Below, one piece after another: positions 1 through 13,500 of a DNA stretch of 64,000 nt; the stretch's first letter is position 1, and every line of letters starts with the position of its first letter. The DNA lies in NCBI RefSeq assembly GCF_023055435.1, contig NW_025964223.1, positions 38,750,001 through 38,814,000 on the forward strand, given 5' to 3'. The stretch comes from Haliotis rufescens. Lineage: Eukaryota. A program made the translations under genes and the position numbers. The notes below the pieces were generated by a model. That model had not been told where the DNA came from, searched no databases, and saw only the letters and a list, made by a program, of their open reading frames with translations.

Positions 1-15
1 CCTATCAAAACTTAC

Positions 16-408
16 CACAGTCCCGTTGCAATAAGTGAAACTCTTAGTGCTGCAACTTGACATATGTCTGTGTCATATTTTACAATGTTTGCATACATAG
101 TTTGCGGAAGTATGACCATTTTAACAATGTGCATGTTTAAAATAAAGCATCCCTTCGGGTGTTTACGTGTGTGTGATGGTGCCCCGATGACCCACCTTGT
201 TGCTGTGAACCAACTGTACACAATCAGCTGTTTAGTTGCTGTTTGGGGCGTAAAATAACATTCACTCACATGTATTTATTGCAAATTCAATTTATGAAGT
301 TGTTTCGGTATTCACAAAAAACAACAATATGCAATATAAACATAACCCCAAGGATCGAATTGATAATCCCTTACCTGCCAAGAACACGGCTAAAATAAGC
401 TGTTGCAT
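16..408 (-). CDS. Putative first two coding exons (408-375, 49-16) of a secreted protein gene running off the left edge; MQQLILAVFLA-ALRVSLIATGL...
   Basis: Acceptor ttttcag before 538, ATG at 408, donor G|GTAAGG at 375/374. Next exon ttgcag|49..16|GTAAG. Phases are compatible and the joined peptide is hydrophobic, like a signal peptide. No homology evidence. Confidence 0.4.
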
Positions 409-1647
409 CTCCTGGTTTTCCTCAAATCCGTTCGAACTGACCACAATGACTAAAGCTTGAATATAAACTGTATTAAACGAGGTCGTTCATGTGAAGAGTC
501 AGCTGTGGAATTTCCGTTGATAAGCAGGATCTTAATATCTGAAAACTGAGTATGTGACAATATGGTGTACATTTTCTCATCCACCGATAAGCTGTATAAC
601 CTTAGTCCTCTCTAGAATTTCAAGATTTACATCAGTGTGTTCAGTATTAATTATGTTGTTGTGTGTATATACGAATTAGTAATATATCTAAGTATTGGAA
701 TTGTTATTTCTTTCATACCAGTGCTCATCAGTGCTATGTACCTCATCTGTTATCTGCGTGAATAAAAACGATTTGAGTTTAAAATGGTTGTCTTGAGTCT
801 TAAAAACCTTCTGTCCATGCCAACTCTTTGCCTTCGTCTTTGACATTCTGTTTTTTAGAGGCTTGTGAGTTGCAGTTTTACCCATATTAAGATGAAGTAC
901 GGGTCCAGGATCCAGGGACAATACGCCTATTCTACCATTGTTACTTCCAAACACAGTCTTAACATCATGCCATCAATATGTGAACTACAACACTTATAAA
1001 AACGAGTTCGTGTTTCGGCTGAGTGTGACAGAGGACATTTTGGTGTTGCGCAATAAAAAATCGGATTTCATTCTGCACACTGTGTCCGGGCGTATTGTGA
1101 TAAAAACAAGATATTCCTCAGCATCAACAGCCATTAATATGTCATTTGTCAACAACATTTCCCTTCTTGGCTTTAAACCATCTACTGGAACAAATATTAA
1201 CGCAGATAACATGGATATAACTGAAGTGAATACAATATCTGCAATGTGACTCGTCTTAATCATGGGATTAAGTTTTCAATATAAAGTTGATGAAAGGGGA
1301 TATTTCCTATTGTTATACAGTGCAATAAGAATCCGTGTTCGAACTTTCGCCTTGGCATTCCCATTGCTTTTATTTGTGAAAAAAAAAGAGAAAGAATATA
1401 TATACTATAAAACATAAGTCCTTGTCTCCACTGGTGTTAAGTGCGCTTATTACATGAACGTGTTGGACATAGATAGTCATACCAAAAGGCTTGAAGACCT
1501 AATATAACACGTGGTCTAAATACGCCTCAGTGGAATTCTCTGTCTTCCCACGTGAACATTACACCATCTTGATTACAACTATCTCGCCATGTCAACAATT
1601 TATTCATTTACACTTTGAATAGTGTTCTGTGTTGCTACATATATCCT

Positions 1648-1883
1648 GACTGCCTCTGTGATCTAGTCGATCTAGTGGAAAGAGCGTCTGGCCGAGGAGC
1701 GGAAGGTCGGCGGTTCGGTCCCTGGCCGCGCCATACCAAAAGACTTACATACTAAAAGATGGTACTTCTTGTTTCCCTGTCTGACGTTCGGCATTAGGGG
1801 ATAAGACAAGGTCGGATCGGAGTCAGTACAGTGTGTCTGAGTCGGGTATCCATGTTGAACTGAGGTATGGTACATCAGTAGGG
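1648..1883 (+). mobile_element. tRNA-derived SINE (MetaSINE-like core), truncated by assembly gap
   Basis: tRNA-like head with B-box-like ggttcggtcc followed by cataccaaaagac...atggtact; homologous to 12727-13081. Confidence 0.7.
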
Positions 1884-2048
1884 NNNNNNNNNNNNNNNNN
1901 NNNNNNNNNNNNNNNNNNNNNNNNNNNNNNNNNNNNNNNNNNNNNNNNNNNNNNNNNNNNNNNNNNNNNNNNNNNNNNNNNNNNNNNNNNNNNNNNNNNN
2001 NNNNNNNNNNNNNNNNNNNNNNNNNNNNNNNNNNNNNNNNNNNNNNNN
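1884..2048. other. Assembly gap (N run)
   Basis: Run of N. Confidence 1.
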
Positions 2049-2069
2049 GCTCCGTTCTAATGTTATCTA

Positions 2070-3447
2070 TACTCTTAAAAAATACGGATAGTTTTGGCCA
2101 TAAAAGGAAAATTAGCAGACCAAGAGGTGCAATATGAAGGGGTTATAGTGTCAGTGGCAAATTTCCCGGATCAAAATGATTACAGCAAGGGCATGCAAAC
2201 CATTAGTCGGAAACATGTACGATTCGGAAAATTGCACCCAGTGCATTAACAAAAGGGCCATAGAGCTGCGCGTACTAAACGTGCAGCAGCACTATGAACG
2301 GTATTAAAGTGAAGGGTGTTTGATTTGCCTGGCATCTGCGTGAATCGAACAATGACAGTTCAACAACATGTCAAGATTAACAGAAGTGCAAAGAAACAAC
2401 GTCATGCAGGCAGGGGAATGCCGATCAGCTGTAGCCAGGGTTTTCAATGTAGTGCCCAGCGCCATCACAAGGCTATGGGATCGGTTTCAACAGCATGGGT
2501 CAACACGTGATTGGCCAAGGTCGGGACGACCAAGAGTAACCACCCCGCCCAAAATCGCTACATCCGATTGCGCCACCAACGTGAAAGGACGACAACAGCC
2601 ACCTCAACCGCATCCCAAATACCCGGACTGCGCAGAATCTCCTACCAGACCGTACAGACCGTCAACAACGACTGCATTAGTGTCGTCAACACAGGGTATG
2701 GCCTAACTCCGATGGCGAGATATCTGGTTCAGCGACGAATCAAGATTTCTCCTCCGTCGAGGGGATGGAAGAGCACGGGTCTACAGAGGTCGGGGAGAAC
2801 GTTACGCCGAAAACTGCGTACAGGAAGTGGACAGGATTGGTGGGGGTAGCGTTATGATGTGGGCGGCTATCTCTCATCATGGCAGGACAGGTATGGTCCA
2901 TATCCAGGGCTCAACAATACATCAACGAAATTCTCCTACCACACGTCTTCCCAATTGCAGCCAATTGCAGGACAACGCCCGACCGCACGACCAATACAGC
3001 ACGAATCACAAGAGCCGGTCGACACAACAACAGCGTTAATGTTTTTCCCTGGCCCTCCAGATCCCCGGATTTGAACCAGATAGAGCCCCTGTGAGATGAA
3101 TCGGATAGACGGCTACGCCGACGTCAACCACAACCCAAGACGTTGCAGCATCTGGCTTTTGCGTTGCAGGCCGAGTGGGATACCATTCCCCAGGGTGTGA
3201 TTCGCATTCTCGTCATTTCCATGGGCAGGAGATGTCAGGCCGCTATCGATTCCAACAGGGGACATACGCGTTATTGATGGTAGCTGACCCCCACCTTGGA
3301 CTTTCCTATATACCGATAACTGAGATGACTACAATCACCAAGTGTCTCTCAACAACATTTTGGCTCAATACCCTGTACGGTTCCTCGTTTAAATGTATTT
3401 TCCTACCTCACACAAATCTGGTTTTGCGTTTCTTTTTTTGAAGAATA
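2070..3447 (+). mobile_element. Degenerate Tc1/mariner DNA transposon
   Basis: Frameshifted transposase fragments: HTH (AVARVFNVVPSAITRLWDRF...RSGRPRVTT), WFSDESRF, GGGSVMMWAAIS, QDNARPH, WPSRSPDLNQIE. TA-flanked degenerate TIRs (tactcttaaaaaa / ttttttgaagaata). Confidence 0.85.
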
Positions 3448-3550
3448 TATTATCACTCGAACCAGACATTATTCAGCGAAGGAAAGCCTTCCCATAACCA
3501 TAAGAAATCTCTTTGTCCACTGTACTAAACCGGCTGTATCAAAATAAAAC

Positions 3551-3769
3551 ACGCCAGAAAGCTATGATTGTGGGTTCGAATCCCGGTTCGCCCCGATTAT
3601 GTTTCTAGGTTTGTCAGCACCATACACGTGCTCGTGGGTTTCACCGAAGTGGTAAACGTCTGAGACTTGCATCGCTTCGGGCTTTCCTCCCACATTAAGC
3701 TGACACACCGTGATGTAACTGGAATACTGTTAAAAGCGGCGTAAAACCCAACTCACTTACTCACTCACT
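3551..3769 (+). mobile_element. 5'-truncated tRNA-derived SINE
   Basis: B box ggttcgaatccc; 3' tail gcggcgtaaaacccaactcac...(ACTC)n; homologous to 14965-15216. Confidence 0.7.
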
Positions 3770-4581
3770 TAAAACAAAACATGTCTATAAATCATAATCA
3801 AATGGTCATGATACCAGCTGTTTCATTAACACTCTTCAAGTTCTAGCTCATGGGGGTTCATCTGTGGAAGAAAATTGGCTACTTGATCATCATTGGACGA
3901 TATCAGACCATCGAGACACCTGAAGCTTTGAGATGAATTTCTTGGTCAAATTACCTTGTTTTCACTTTGCCAATTCGTACATGAACGTATAAATAACAGA
4001 CCATCACGGAGGTGAGCACAGTCCATGGGGATGGCTACTTCCTGCCTAAATGTTCTTTTCCCAAACATTTCACACACAAAACTTCTCAGTAAACTTCAGA
4101 TGACAGTTGCTCTCTTGTTTGGCAAGTTGGCCTGAACCTTTGAACATAGACGTAACTGTATCTATGGTCACCAGGTTGAGTGACACATACCCTATGGATC
4201 AAGGTTTAGCTTACGTTTGTCGTGTAGGATAGTGGCGTACAAAGTTGACAAATCCAATGTTTTGACATAATTGAACTTTCTGAGGTTAAAAAAATCAAGG
4301 GGTTTTGGTAAATTCATATGGTAAAAATTTAACTTATCTCAAAATAGACATTGCGACTTTCCGTGTATGTTGGCAATATATATTTGAAAATGCAGAATAC
4401 CTCTTGTGGTTGTATACACTCACAAACCACCGATAAGAACTTTCAAAATAGTAGTCTCTCCAATATTTCACCGTGTCCGAGGTCATCACGAGTATAAATA
4501 CGGGTCGCGTCCCTCGCCAGCAATCAGTTTACAGCGAGCTTCAGTAGAGTCCAGAGTGAACCAACAGTTTAATATCAGTTT

Positions 4582-4848
4582 GACCCGTGAAAATCCGGGG
4601 TAAAAAATAGGTTTCAGCAACCAATGCTTGCCGTAAAAAAGCGACTATGCTTGTCGTAAGAGGCGACTAACGGGATCGGATGGTCAGGCTCGCTGACTTG
4701 GTTGAAGCATATCATTGATCCCAATTGCGTGGATCGATGATCATGATATCAATCACTGGGCTGTCTGGTCCAGACTCGATTATTTACAGACCGCCGCCCT
4801 ATTGCTGGAATAATGCTGAGTGCGGCATAAAACAACAAACTAACCAAA
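4582..4848 (+). mobile_element. SINE-like interspersed repeat (gacccgtga... family)
   Basis: Homologous copies at 6959-7210(-), 48403-48678(-), 59617-59877(-), with partial copies near 11985, 46700 and 57915. Shares the gctggaatattgctgagtgcggcg 3' tail with the tRNA SINEs. Confidence 0.75.
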
Positions 4849-5004
4849 TATTATCAGTTCACAGCGAGCTTAAGGTTTTACGGTATTTTAGTATAAGTAT
4901 GCCACCTCGAAGGGGCTTGGGATAGGCTGAGGACAAGTGGAGGTTGAGGAGTAGGCTGAGGAGGCGTCCAAGGAAGGTTGAGGAGTAGAGGGAGAGGTCA
5001 CCGC

Positions 5005-5268
5005 CACCCACACACAGCCAGGACCAGGCCAAGGACCAACCTCCACCCCTCAGTCCCAGTTTGGGGAGATCACCCACAATCACAACGACACCCACACAGA
5101 GCCAGGACCAGGCCAAGGAACAGCCTCCACCCCTCAGTCCAAGTTTGGGGAGATCACCCACAATCACAACGACCCCCGCACACAGCCAGGAGCAGGCCAA
5201 GCCCAGCCTCCACCCCTCAGTCCCAGTTTGGGGAGATCACCCACAATCACAACGACACCCACACAGAG
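5005..5268. repeat. Tandem repeat, about 84-bp unit, about 3 copies
   Basis: cacacagccaggaccaggccaag...cctccacccctcagtcccagtttggggagatcacccacaatcacaacgac recurs at about 5011, 5094 and 5179. Confidence 0.9.
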
Positions 5269-5904
5269 AAAGTGTGCAGGTAGCCTTAGTTGAACGCGTG
5301 TCATTGTACCCCGACGGTACGAGATGCTGTTTATAACATCAACAGCTGGTGTGTCTGGTTCAGACTCGATCATTTACAAAGTTGTCGTCATATAGCTGGA
5401 ATATTTCTGAGTGCGGCGTTCAACGTCATGGCATCACTCACTTTGCCGTAAACGTTAAAAATACGCAACCTGTTAATAAATTGAAGTTTATTTTTTTGTA
5501 TTTAATACATCACGCTATGTCGTTTTCTAGTTGACTTTTAGTCTATGATAATCGCCTTCATATTGGCGAAACATTGACTTACAATATGTTGTTGAAGGAC
5601 TTCCGACACACGACAGTTGGAGTTTGGAACACAAACACACCAGTATGCTTCTTTTATGTCATTTATTAACTCTTTCGAAATGTAATATTTTACTAAGAAT
5701 GTAGGCTTTTCAGTAATTATAAACACCTATTGTTGATTAACTCAAATCGGTAACCACAGCATACGACCGCTGCAGCGAGTGTAAGCGTTCACCTGGAACG
5801 AACTTTCAAATAACTACATGAAGCCAGGCAACAGGCATTTCTCGTGATATCCTAGTTATGTAGGACATTATTAAAACGTTTGTAGTTTGTCTGGATAAAT
5901 TATA

Positions 5905-6631
5905 TACTAACGGGGAAAAGTAACTGTGCTTCATATATTCTGAAATTAAATAATGCATCTTTCAATACATATTGATGAAGACAAGTGACTGTGCTTTACA
6001 TGCTCAATGTCGTTTGGGGTTGAACTGAACTGGTATGGGTGGCATGATAACTCATCGGAGAATTCATCATTGTTAATTCGACATCGTTCGAGATCATGCT
6101 CTCCCATGTGTGCAAATGCAGGGGCGTAACGTCAGATTGCAGCAGGATAACATGCCCGCCCGGATATTGTACATGTTGTAGCAGACATATTGAGGCAGCA
6201 TAACATTTCTGTACTGCAATGACCGGCTGTATCTCCAGACTTCTCCCCCATAGAACATATCTTGGATGAGATGGTTCGACGCCTACGACAGGACCAGACC
6301 CAGCCGGTAACGCAAGCTCAGTTGGGCCAATCTTTGGTTGACATTTGGTACAGCATCCCCCAGGCTGTCTTCAACCATCTGGTGTGTACAATGCGCCGCC
6401 GCTGCCTCGACTGTATCAACGCAAATGTCGTCACACGGGATATCATTGTTAACTGAATGTTTTACACCACCCCTCTTTTAGGGCGTGTCGCTCTGTCTCA
6501 CGTTACAAGGTACGGGTTTTGTTATGATAAAATATTGATGAGACGAATGACCAAACAGTATGTTGTTATATTCAATAACATAACACTGACACCACTTTAA
6601 TTTTAAGCACAGCTAAATTTTCCCGTTGGTA
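5905..6631 (+). mobile_element. Internally deleted Tc1-like element
   Basis: TIRs tactaacggggaaaagtaactgtgctt / aagcacagctaaattttcccgttggta, TA-flanked. Internal transposase C-terminus (LQQDN..., SPDFSPIEHILDEMVRRLR...MRRRCLDCINAN). Confidence 0.8.
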
Positions 6632-6708
6632 TATAAATACAATTACAAGCAGATTAATGAAGCTCTTTGCAACTAATCCAGGTTAAGTTGTTGAATGTTG
6701 CGTTTCGG

Positions 6709-7518
6709 TCACAGAACCGTGTAGATATGCAGAAGACCGCCAACTCCGTTGGAGATGTGTTGCCGAGCTTGCTTGCTTTCCAACTTCCAGATCCCGCGAG
6801 ATTCAAGATTGGCGAGATTCGCTCGAAGTATTTCACTTTCGAAGTTGTAGTCGTATGAGTTCATCATGACATGCCCACCTGGAAACACGGATGTTTGAAT
6901 GACGATTGTATCGACGCTCATGAACAACAGCCTTGACTCTTCGATCATTGTGTAGTCTTTTGTTGTTGTTTTGTTCGTTGTTTAACGCCGCACTCAGCAA
7001 TATTCCAGCTATAAGACGACGGGCTGTAAATAATCGAGTCTGGACCAGATAATCCAGTGATTTGACACCATGAGCATCGACCCACGCAACTGGGATACGA
7101 TGACATGCATTAACCAAGTCAGCGAGCCTGACCACCCGATCCCGTTAGTCGCCTCTCACGGCAAGCAAGGGTTGCTGAAGACCTATTTTACCCCGGATCT
7201 TCACAGGTCTCATGTAGTCAGCCACGGCCACAGATGTAACTGAGATACCCACATGTGTCACAAATGCCATCCATGCAACAGTTAGCACTAGCCAACTTCA
7301 TACGCCGCAGTCAACTCAATGATTCCACCGTTGGCTTCTACTGTAACGTACCACACACACAATATCAACAGATACACACACAGTACCAACGCACGCATAA
7401 TACCAACACAAAACATACCAAACACACAATACCAACACATACACAAATATCAACACAAACACTCATAATAACAACACCAGCACAATACCAACACTCAAGA
7501 AACTAAACACACAGAACC

Positions 7519-7552
<34 letters not shown>

Positions 7553-10500
7553 ACCAACACTCACAATATATAACACAACCCAAAATACCAACACAGAATA
7601 ATACAAAGCACGTTAATATTAATGACACAAACACAAACACAACACACAGAATACTAACACAACCACAACACCAACACACACATTACTAACACGAAAACAA
7701 CACCAACACACACGTTACTTACGCAAACACAACACCAACACACACATTACTAACACAAACACAACACCAACACACACGCTACTAACACACACACAAACAC
7801 AACACCAACACACACATAAACACACAAACACAACACCAACACACACATTACTAACACCAACACAACACCAACACACACATTACTAACACAAACATAACAC
7901 CAACACAAACATTACTTACACTAACACAACTACAACACACATTACTAAAACACACACAGTACCAACACACACACACATGTAACTTACACCAACACAACAC
8001 CAACACACATGTTACTAACACAAACACAACACCAACACCAACACACACACACATTACTAACACAAACACAACACCAACACTCACATTACAAACACAAGCA
8101 CAACACCAACACACACATTACTAACACAAACACAAACACAACACCAACACTCACATTACTAACACAAACACAACACCAACACCAACACACACACACATTA
8201 CTAACACAAACACAACACCAACACTCACATTACAAACACAAGCACAACACCAACACACACATTACTAACACAAACACAAACACAACACCAACACTCACAT
8301 TACTAACACAAACACAACACCAACACACACATTACTAACACAAACACAACACCAACACACTCAATACTAACACAAACACAAACACACGCCAACACACACA
8401 ATACTAACACCAACACAACACCAACACACACATTACTAACACAAACATAACACCAACACTCACATTACAAACACAAGCACAACACCAACACACACATTAC
8501 TAACACAAACACAAACACAACACCAACACTCACATTACAAACACAAGCACAACACCAACACACACATTACTAACACAAACACAAACACAACACCAACACT
8601 CACATTACAAACACAAGCACAACACCAACACACACATTACTAACACAAACACAACACCAACACACACACACTACTAACACAAACACAACACCAACACACA
8701 CATTGCTAACACAAAAACAACACAAACACACGTTACAAACACAACAACAATACCAACACTCACAATATATAAACAAGAAAAACACAATACCAACACACAG
8801 ACATACCAATGCACACAATACCAACATTCACAATACGACAAAAAAACCAAACACACACAATATATAACACACACGCAATACCAACACACACACAACAAAC
8901 ACACTCACACACACACATACAATACCCCCCGCCCCCCCCCCCCCCCCCCCCCCCCTCCCCACACACACAAACAATAAAAACTCACGAACAATTCCAACAC
9001 ACAATAACAACTCACTCACAACACGAACATACACACAAGAACAATACACACACATGTACAATCCCAACACATACGCCTAGGGATCACTGGATTGTTTTCC
9101 TCTAATCCAATCTCGGTGGCTCTCACGGCAAGCAAGGGTTGCTGAAGACCTATTTTACCCCGGATCTTCACAGGTCTCATGTAGTCAGCCACGGCCACAG
9201 ATGTAACTGAGATACCCACATGTGTCACAAATGCCATCCATGCAACAGTTAGCACTAGCCAACTTCATTACTAACACCAACACAACACCAACACACACAT
9301 TACTAACACAAAAAACAACACCAACACACTCAATGCTAACACCAACACAAACACACGCCAACACACCCAATACTAACACCAACACAACACCAACACAAAC
9401 ATCACTAACACAAACACAACTACAACACACATTACTTAAACACACGCAGTACCAACACACACATTACTTACACCAACACAACACCAACACACACATTACT
9501 AACACAAACATAACACCAACACAAACATTACTTACACTAACACAACTACAACACACATTACTAAAATACACACAGTACCAACACACACACATGTAACTTA
9601 CACCAACACAACACCAACACACATGTTACTAACACAAACACAACACCAACACTCACATTACAAACACAAGCACAACACCAACACACACAATACTAACACA
9701 AACACAAACACAACACCAACACTCACATTACTAACACAAACACAACACCAACACACACATTACTAACACAAACACAACACCAACACTCACATTACTAACA
9801 CAAACACAACACCAACACACACATTACTAACACAAACACAACACCAACACACACATTACTAACACAAACACAACACCAGCACACACACACTACTAACACA
9901 AACACAACACCAACACTCACATTACTAACACAAACACAACACCAACACTCACATTACTAACACAAACACAACACCAACACACACATTACTAACTCAAAAA
10001 ACAACACCAACACACTCAATACTAACACCAACACAACACCAACACACACATTACTAACACAAACATAACACCAACACAAACATTACTTAAACACACGCAG
10101 TACCAACACACACATTACTTACACCAACACAACACCAACAAACACATTACTAACACAAACATAACACCAACACAAACATTACTAACACAAACATAACACC
10201 AACACAAACATTACTTAAACACACGCAGTACCAACACACACATTACTAACACCAACACAACACCAACACACACAATACTAACACAAACACAACACCAACA
10301 CACACATTACTAACACAAACATAACACCAACACAAACATTACTTACACTAACACAACTACAACACACATTACTAAAACACACACAGTACCAACACACACA
10401 CATGTAACTTACACCAACACAACACCAACACACATGTTACTAACACCAACACAACACCAACACCAACACACACACACACATTACTAACACAAACACAACA

Positions 10501-13500
10501 CCAACACTCACATTACAAACACAAGCACAACACCAACACACACAATACTAACACAAACACAAACACAACACCAACACTCACATTACTAACACCAACACAA
10601 CACCAACACACACATTACTAACACAAACACAACACCAACACACACATTACTAACACAAACACAAACACACGCCAACACACACAATACTAACACCAACACA
10701 ACACCAACACACACATTACTAACACAAACACAACACCAACATTCACATTACTAACACAAACACAACACCAACACACACACACTACTAACACAAACACAAC
10801 ACCAACACACACATTGCTAACACAAAAACAACACAAACACACATTACAAACACAAAAACAATACCAACACTCACAATATATAAACAAGAAAAACACAATA
10901 CCAACACACAGACATACCAACGCACACAATACCAACATTCACAATACGACAAAAATACCAAACACACACAATATATAACACACACGCAATACCAACACAC
11001 ACAGAACAAACACACTCACACACACACATACAATACCCCCCCCCCCCCCCCCCCCCCCCTCTCCCCACACACACAAACAATAAAAACTCACGAACAATTC
11101 CAACACACAATAACAACTCACTCACAACACGAACATACACACAAGAACAATACACACACATGTACAATCCCAACACATACGCCTAGGGATCACTGGATTG
11201 TTTTCCTCTAATCCAATCTCGGTGGCTCTCACTCATGTTACATAATGCGATCACAACACACTTTTCACATACATGCACACTTGACACATTGATGGTAAGG
11301 TGAAGGTGCCTGTAGTGCGTACCTGGTTTGGTGACACGCGCCAACTCCTCCAGAGCCTTGACTGGGAGTTTCTTCATGATCTCTCGACTCAGACCAGACA
11401 TTGTTACAGCTGTGTAGGTGTCTGTAAAAATACACCTTCTATTAGTAGGTTTTATATCAACTCGAACACAATCACATATATCTGATTTATATGAGAACCT
11501 CTCTTTTCATATATGAATTTAAACTGACTTTACAAGTTATTTGTTTGTCAAGACGCATTTTACACGTTTCACAAATATGCTACATATGTACGCGTGCCTC
11601 CTCGATCGTTAGGGTTACTTGTGTTAGGTTAGGGTAGGTAACACCCAACTCTACCCCAATCACTTTCGATTCTTGCATGAAAATAGTGACGAACATTTCC
11701 TGTAGCGGTTCCATACAATCATCATGGCACCGAAAACCCTCAAGCGATTATTATTTTTGTGTGTGTTTTTTCAACACAGTACATGTTAATCTCTGTGGTA
11801 ATGCCGAGCAAAGAAAACTGATGGGGAAATATTTTTTAAACATTCTTAGGAACTTATTTAAAAGGGGGCAAATGAGAAACAATCTCAAACACGTCAAGGC
11901 CATGTCGGGAATGTAAATCCGAAAATTTAGCCCGGAACAGGTGTCCAGTTGCCATATACAAAGTGTACCAGTTGAGACGGACATGTGAAGATCCGGGTTA
12001 GAAGTGGTCTTTATTTCAACCAACGTTTCTCGTAAGAGGAGACTAACGAGGTGGGGGTCGAGCTCGCCGTCAAGGTTGATGCATGTCATCGTATCCCAAT
12101 TGCGTAAATCGATGTTCATGATGTCAATCACTGGATTGTATGGTCAAATCTCTGAATCTGACTAGTTTTCACGCTGGTGACAGTCGGCCGTTAAGTTTGT
12201 CTTAATGTGACTGTCACGTAACCTTGTTTGTTTTCCTCCAGATCACCGCATCACGTGAAGGAAAACACTTATTTGATAGCACTTCTGTATCACTCTGGAT
12301 AATTGCATATTTTACTTCATTATGCCGCCATATTGTTAAAATATTGTAGAGCGTTGGCTTAAACATCCAACAAACAGCTGGTAATGGGAAAAACTGCATA
12401 ACGATATTAGATTTTTTGAAGCAAGAACACCAACATATGTCAAACAAACAGAAAACGATTAAGATTTAGATAGCCACGTCGACAGAGAAAGATATTTGGC
12501 GCTACTCTATCGGGTACTGTGACGTCTAATTCATATGGATCAGCTTTATCTCATCATCAGTTATATCTCACCATCAGTCATATCTCCCTGTCAGTTATAT
12601 CTCACCATCAGCTATATCTCACATCAGCTATATCTCACCATCAGCTATGTCTCACATCAGCTTTATCTCACCATCAGCTATATTTCACCATCAGCTATAT
12701 CCCACAATCAGCTTTATCTCACCATCGACTGCCTCCGTGGTCTAGTGGTAGAGCATCCGCCCGGAGAGGGGAGGGTCCGGGGTTCGATCCCCGGCCGCGT
12801 CATACCAAAAGACGTTTAAAGATGGTACTTGTTGTTACCCTGCCTGGCGCTCGGCATTAAGGGGCTAAAACAAGGCCTGGGCGGCTCGGAGTCAGTATAC
12901 TGTGTCTGAGTGGGATATTCATGTTAAACTGCGGCATGGTATCTCAGTGAGCTAGCACTATAAATCGGCATCAGTCCGGACTAGTACAAGCAGCCACATA
13001 AAACACACACACGTACATACACTTCGCTATATAAGTGCAATAATCTTGGACGCGACGTTAAACCCCATTTCACCTCACCTTATCTCACCATCAGCTATAT
13101 CTCACATCAGTTATATCTCACCTTCAGCTATATCTCACTATCAGCTACATCTCACCATCAGCTATATCTCACCATCAGTTATATCTCACCATCAGTTATA
13201 TCTCACCATCAGCTATATCTCACCATCAGCTATATCCAGGGTGTTGTCCCCAAGCATATCACAGATGTATCGCTCATACAAGTTTTTCTTCTTGGCCTGT
13301 TCAAGCATTCTTTCGGCCGGCTCAAGACCATCGATGTGCACGAATCCATGCTTTCTCAGCTTCAACAGAGTTTTCATATTGTTTCATATTATAGACATAT
13401 TAAACTTTTTGCCGTGTGGTTCCCACTACCCAGGCCTGCAGTACGAGGCGACTAATATGGTCGTCGGGTGGTCAGGCTCCATACCATCTCACCCCGACGG

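Noticed and set aside
688-1263. Two adjacent minus-strand ORFs of about 89 aa, one with a hydrophobic N-terminus
   Set aside because: No recognisable motif or consistent splice structure.
7255-11176. Thr/His/Gln-rich and Cys/Val-rich ORFs
   Set aside because: Artefacts of the CA-rich minisatellite.
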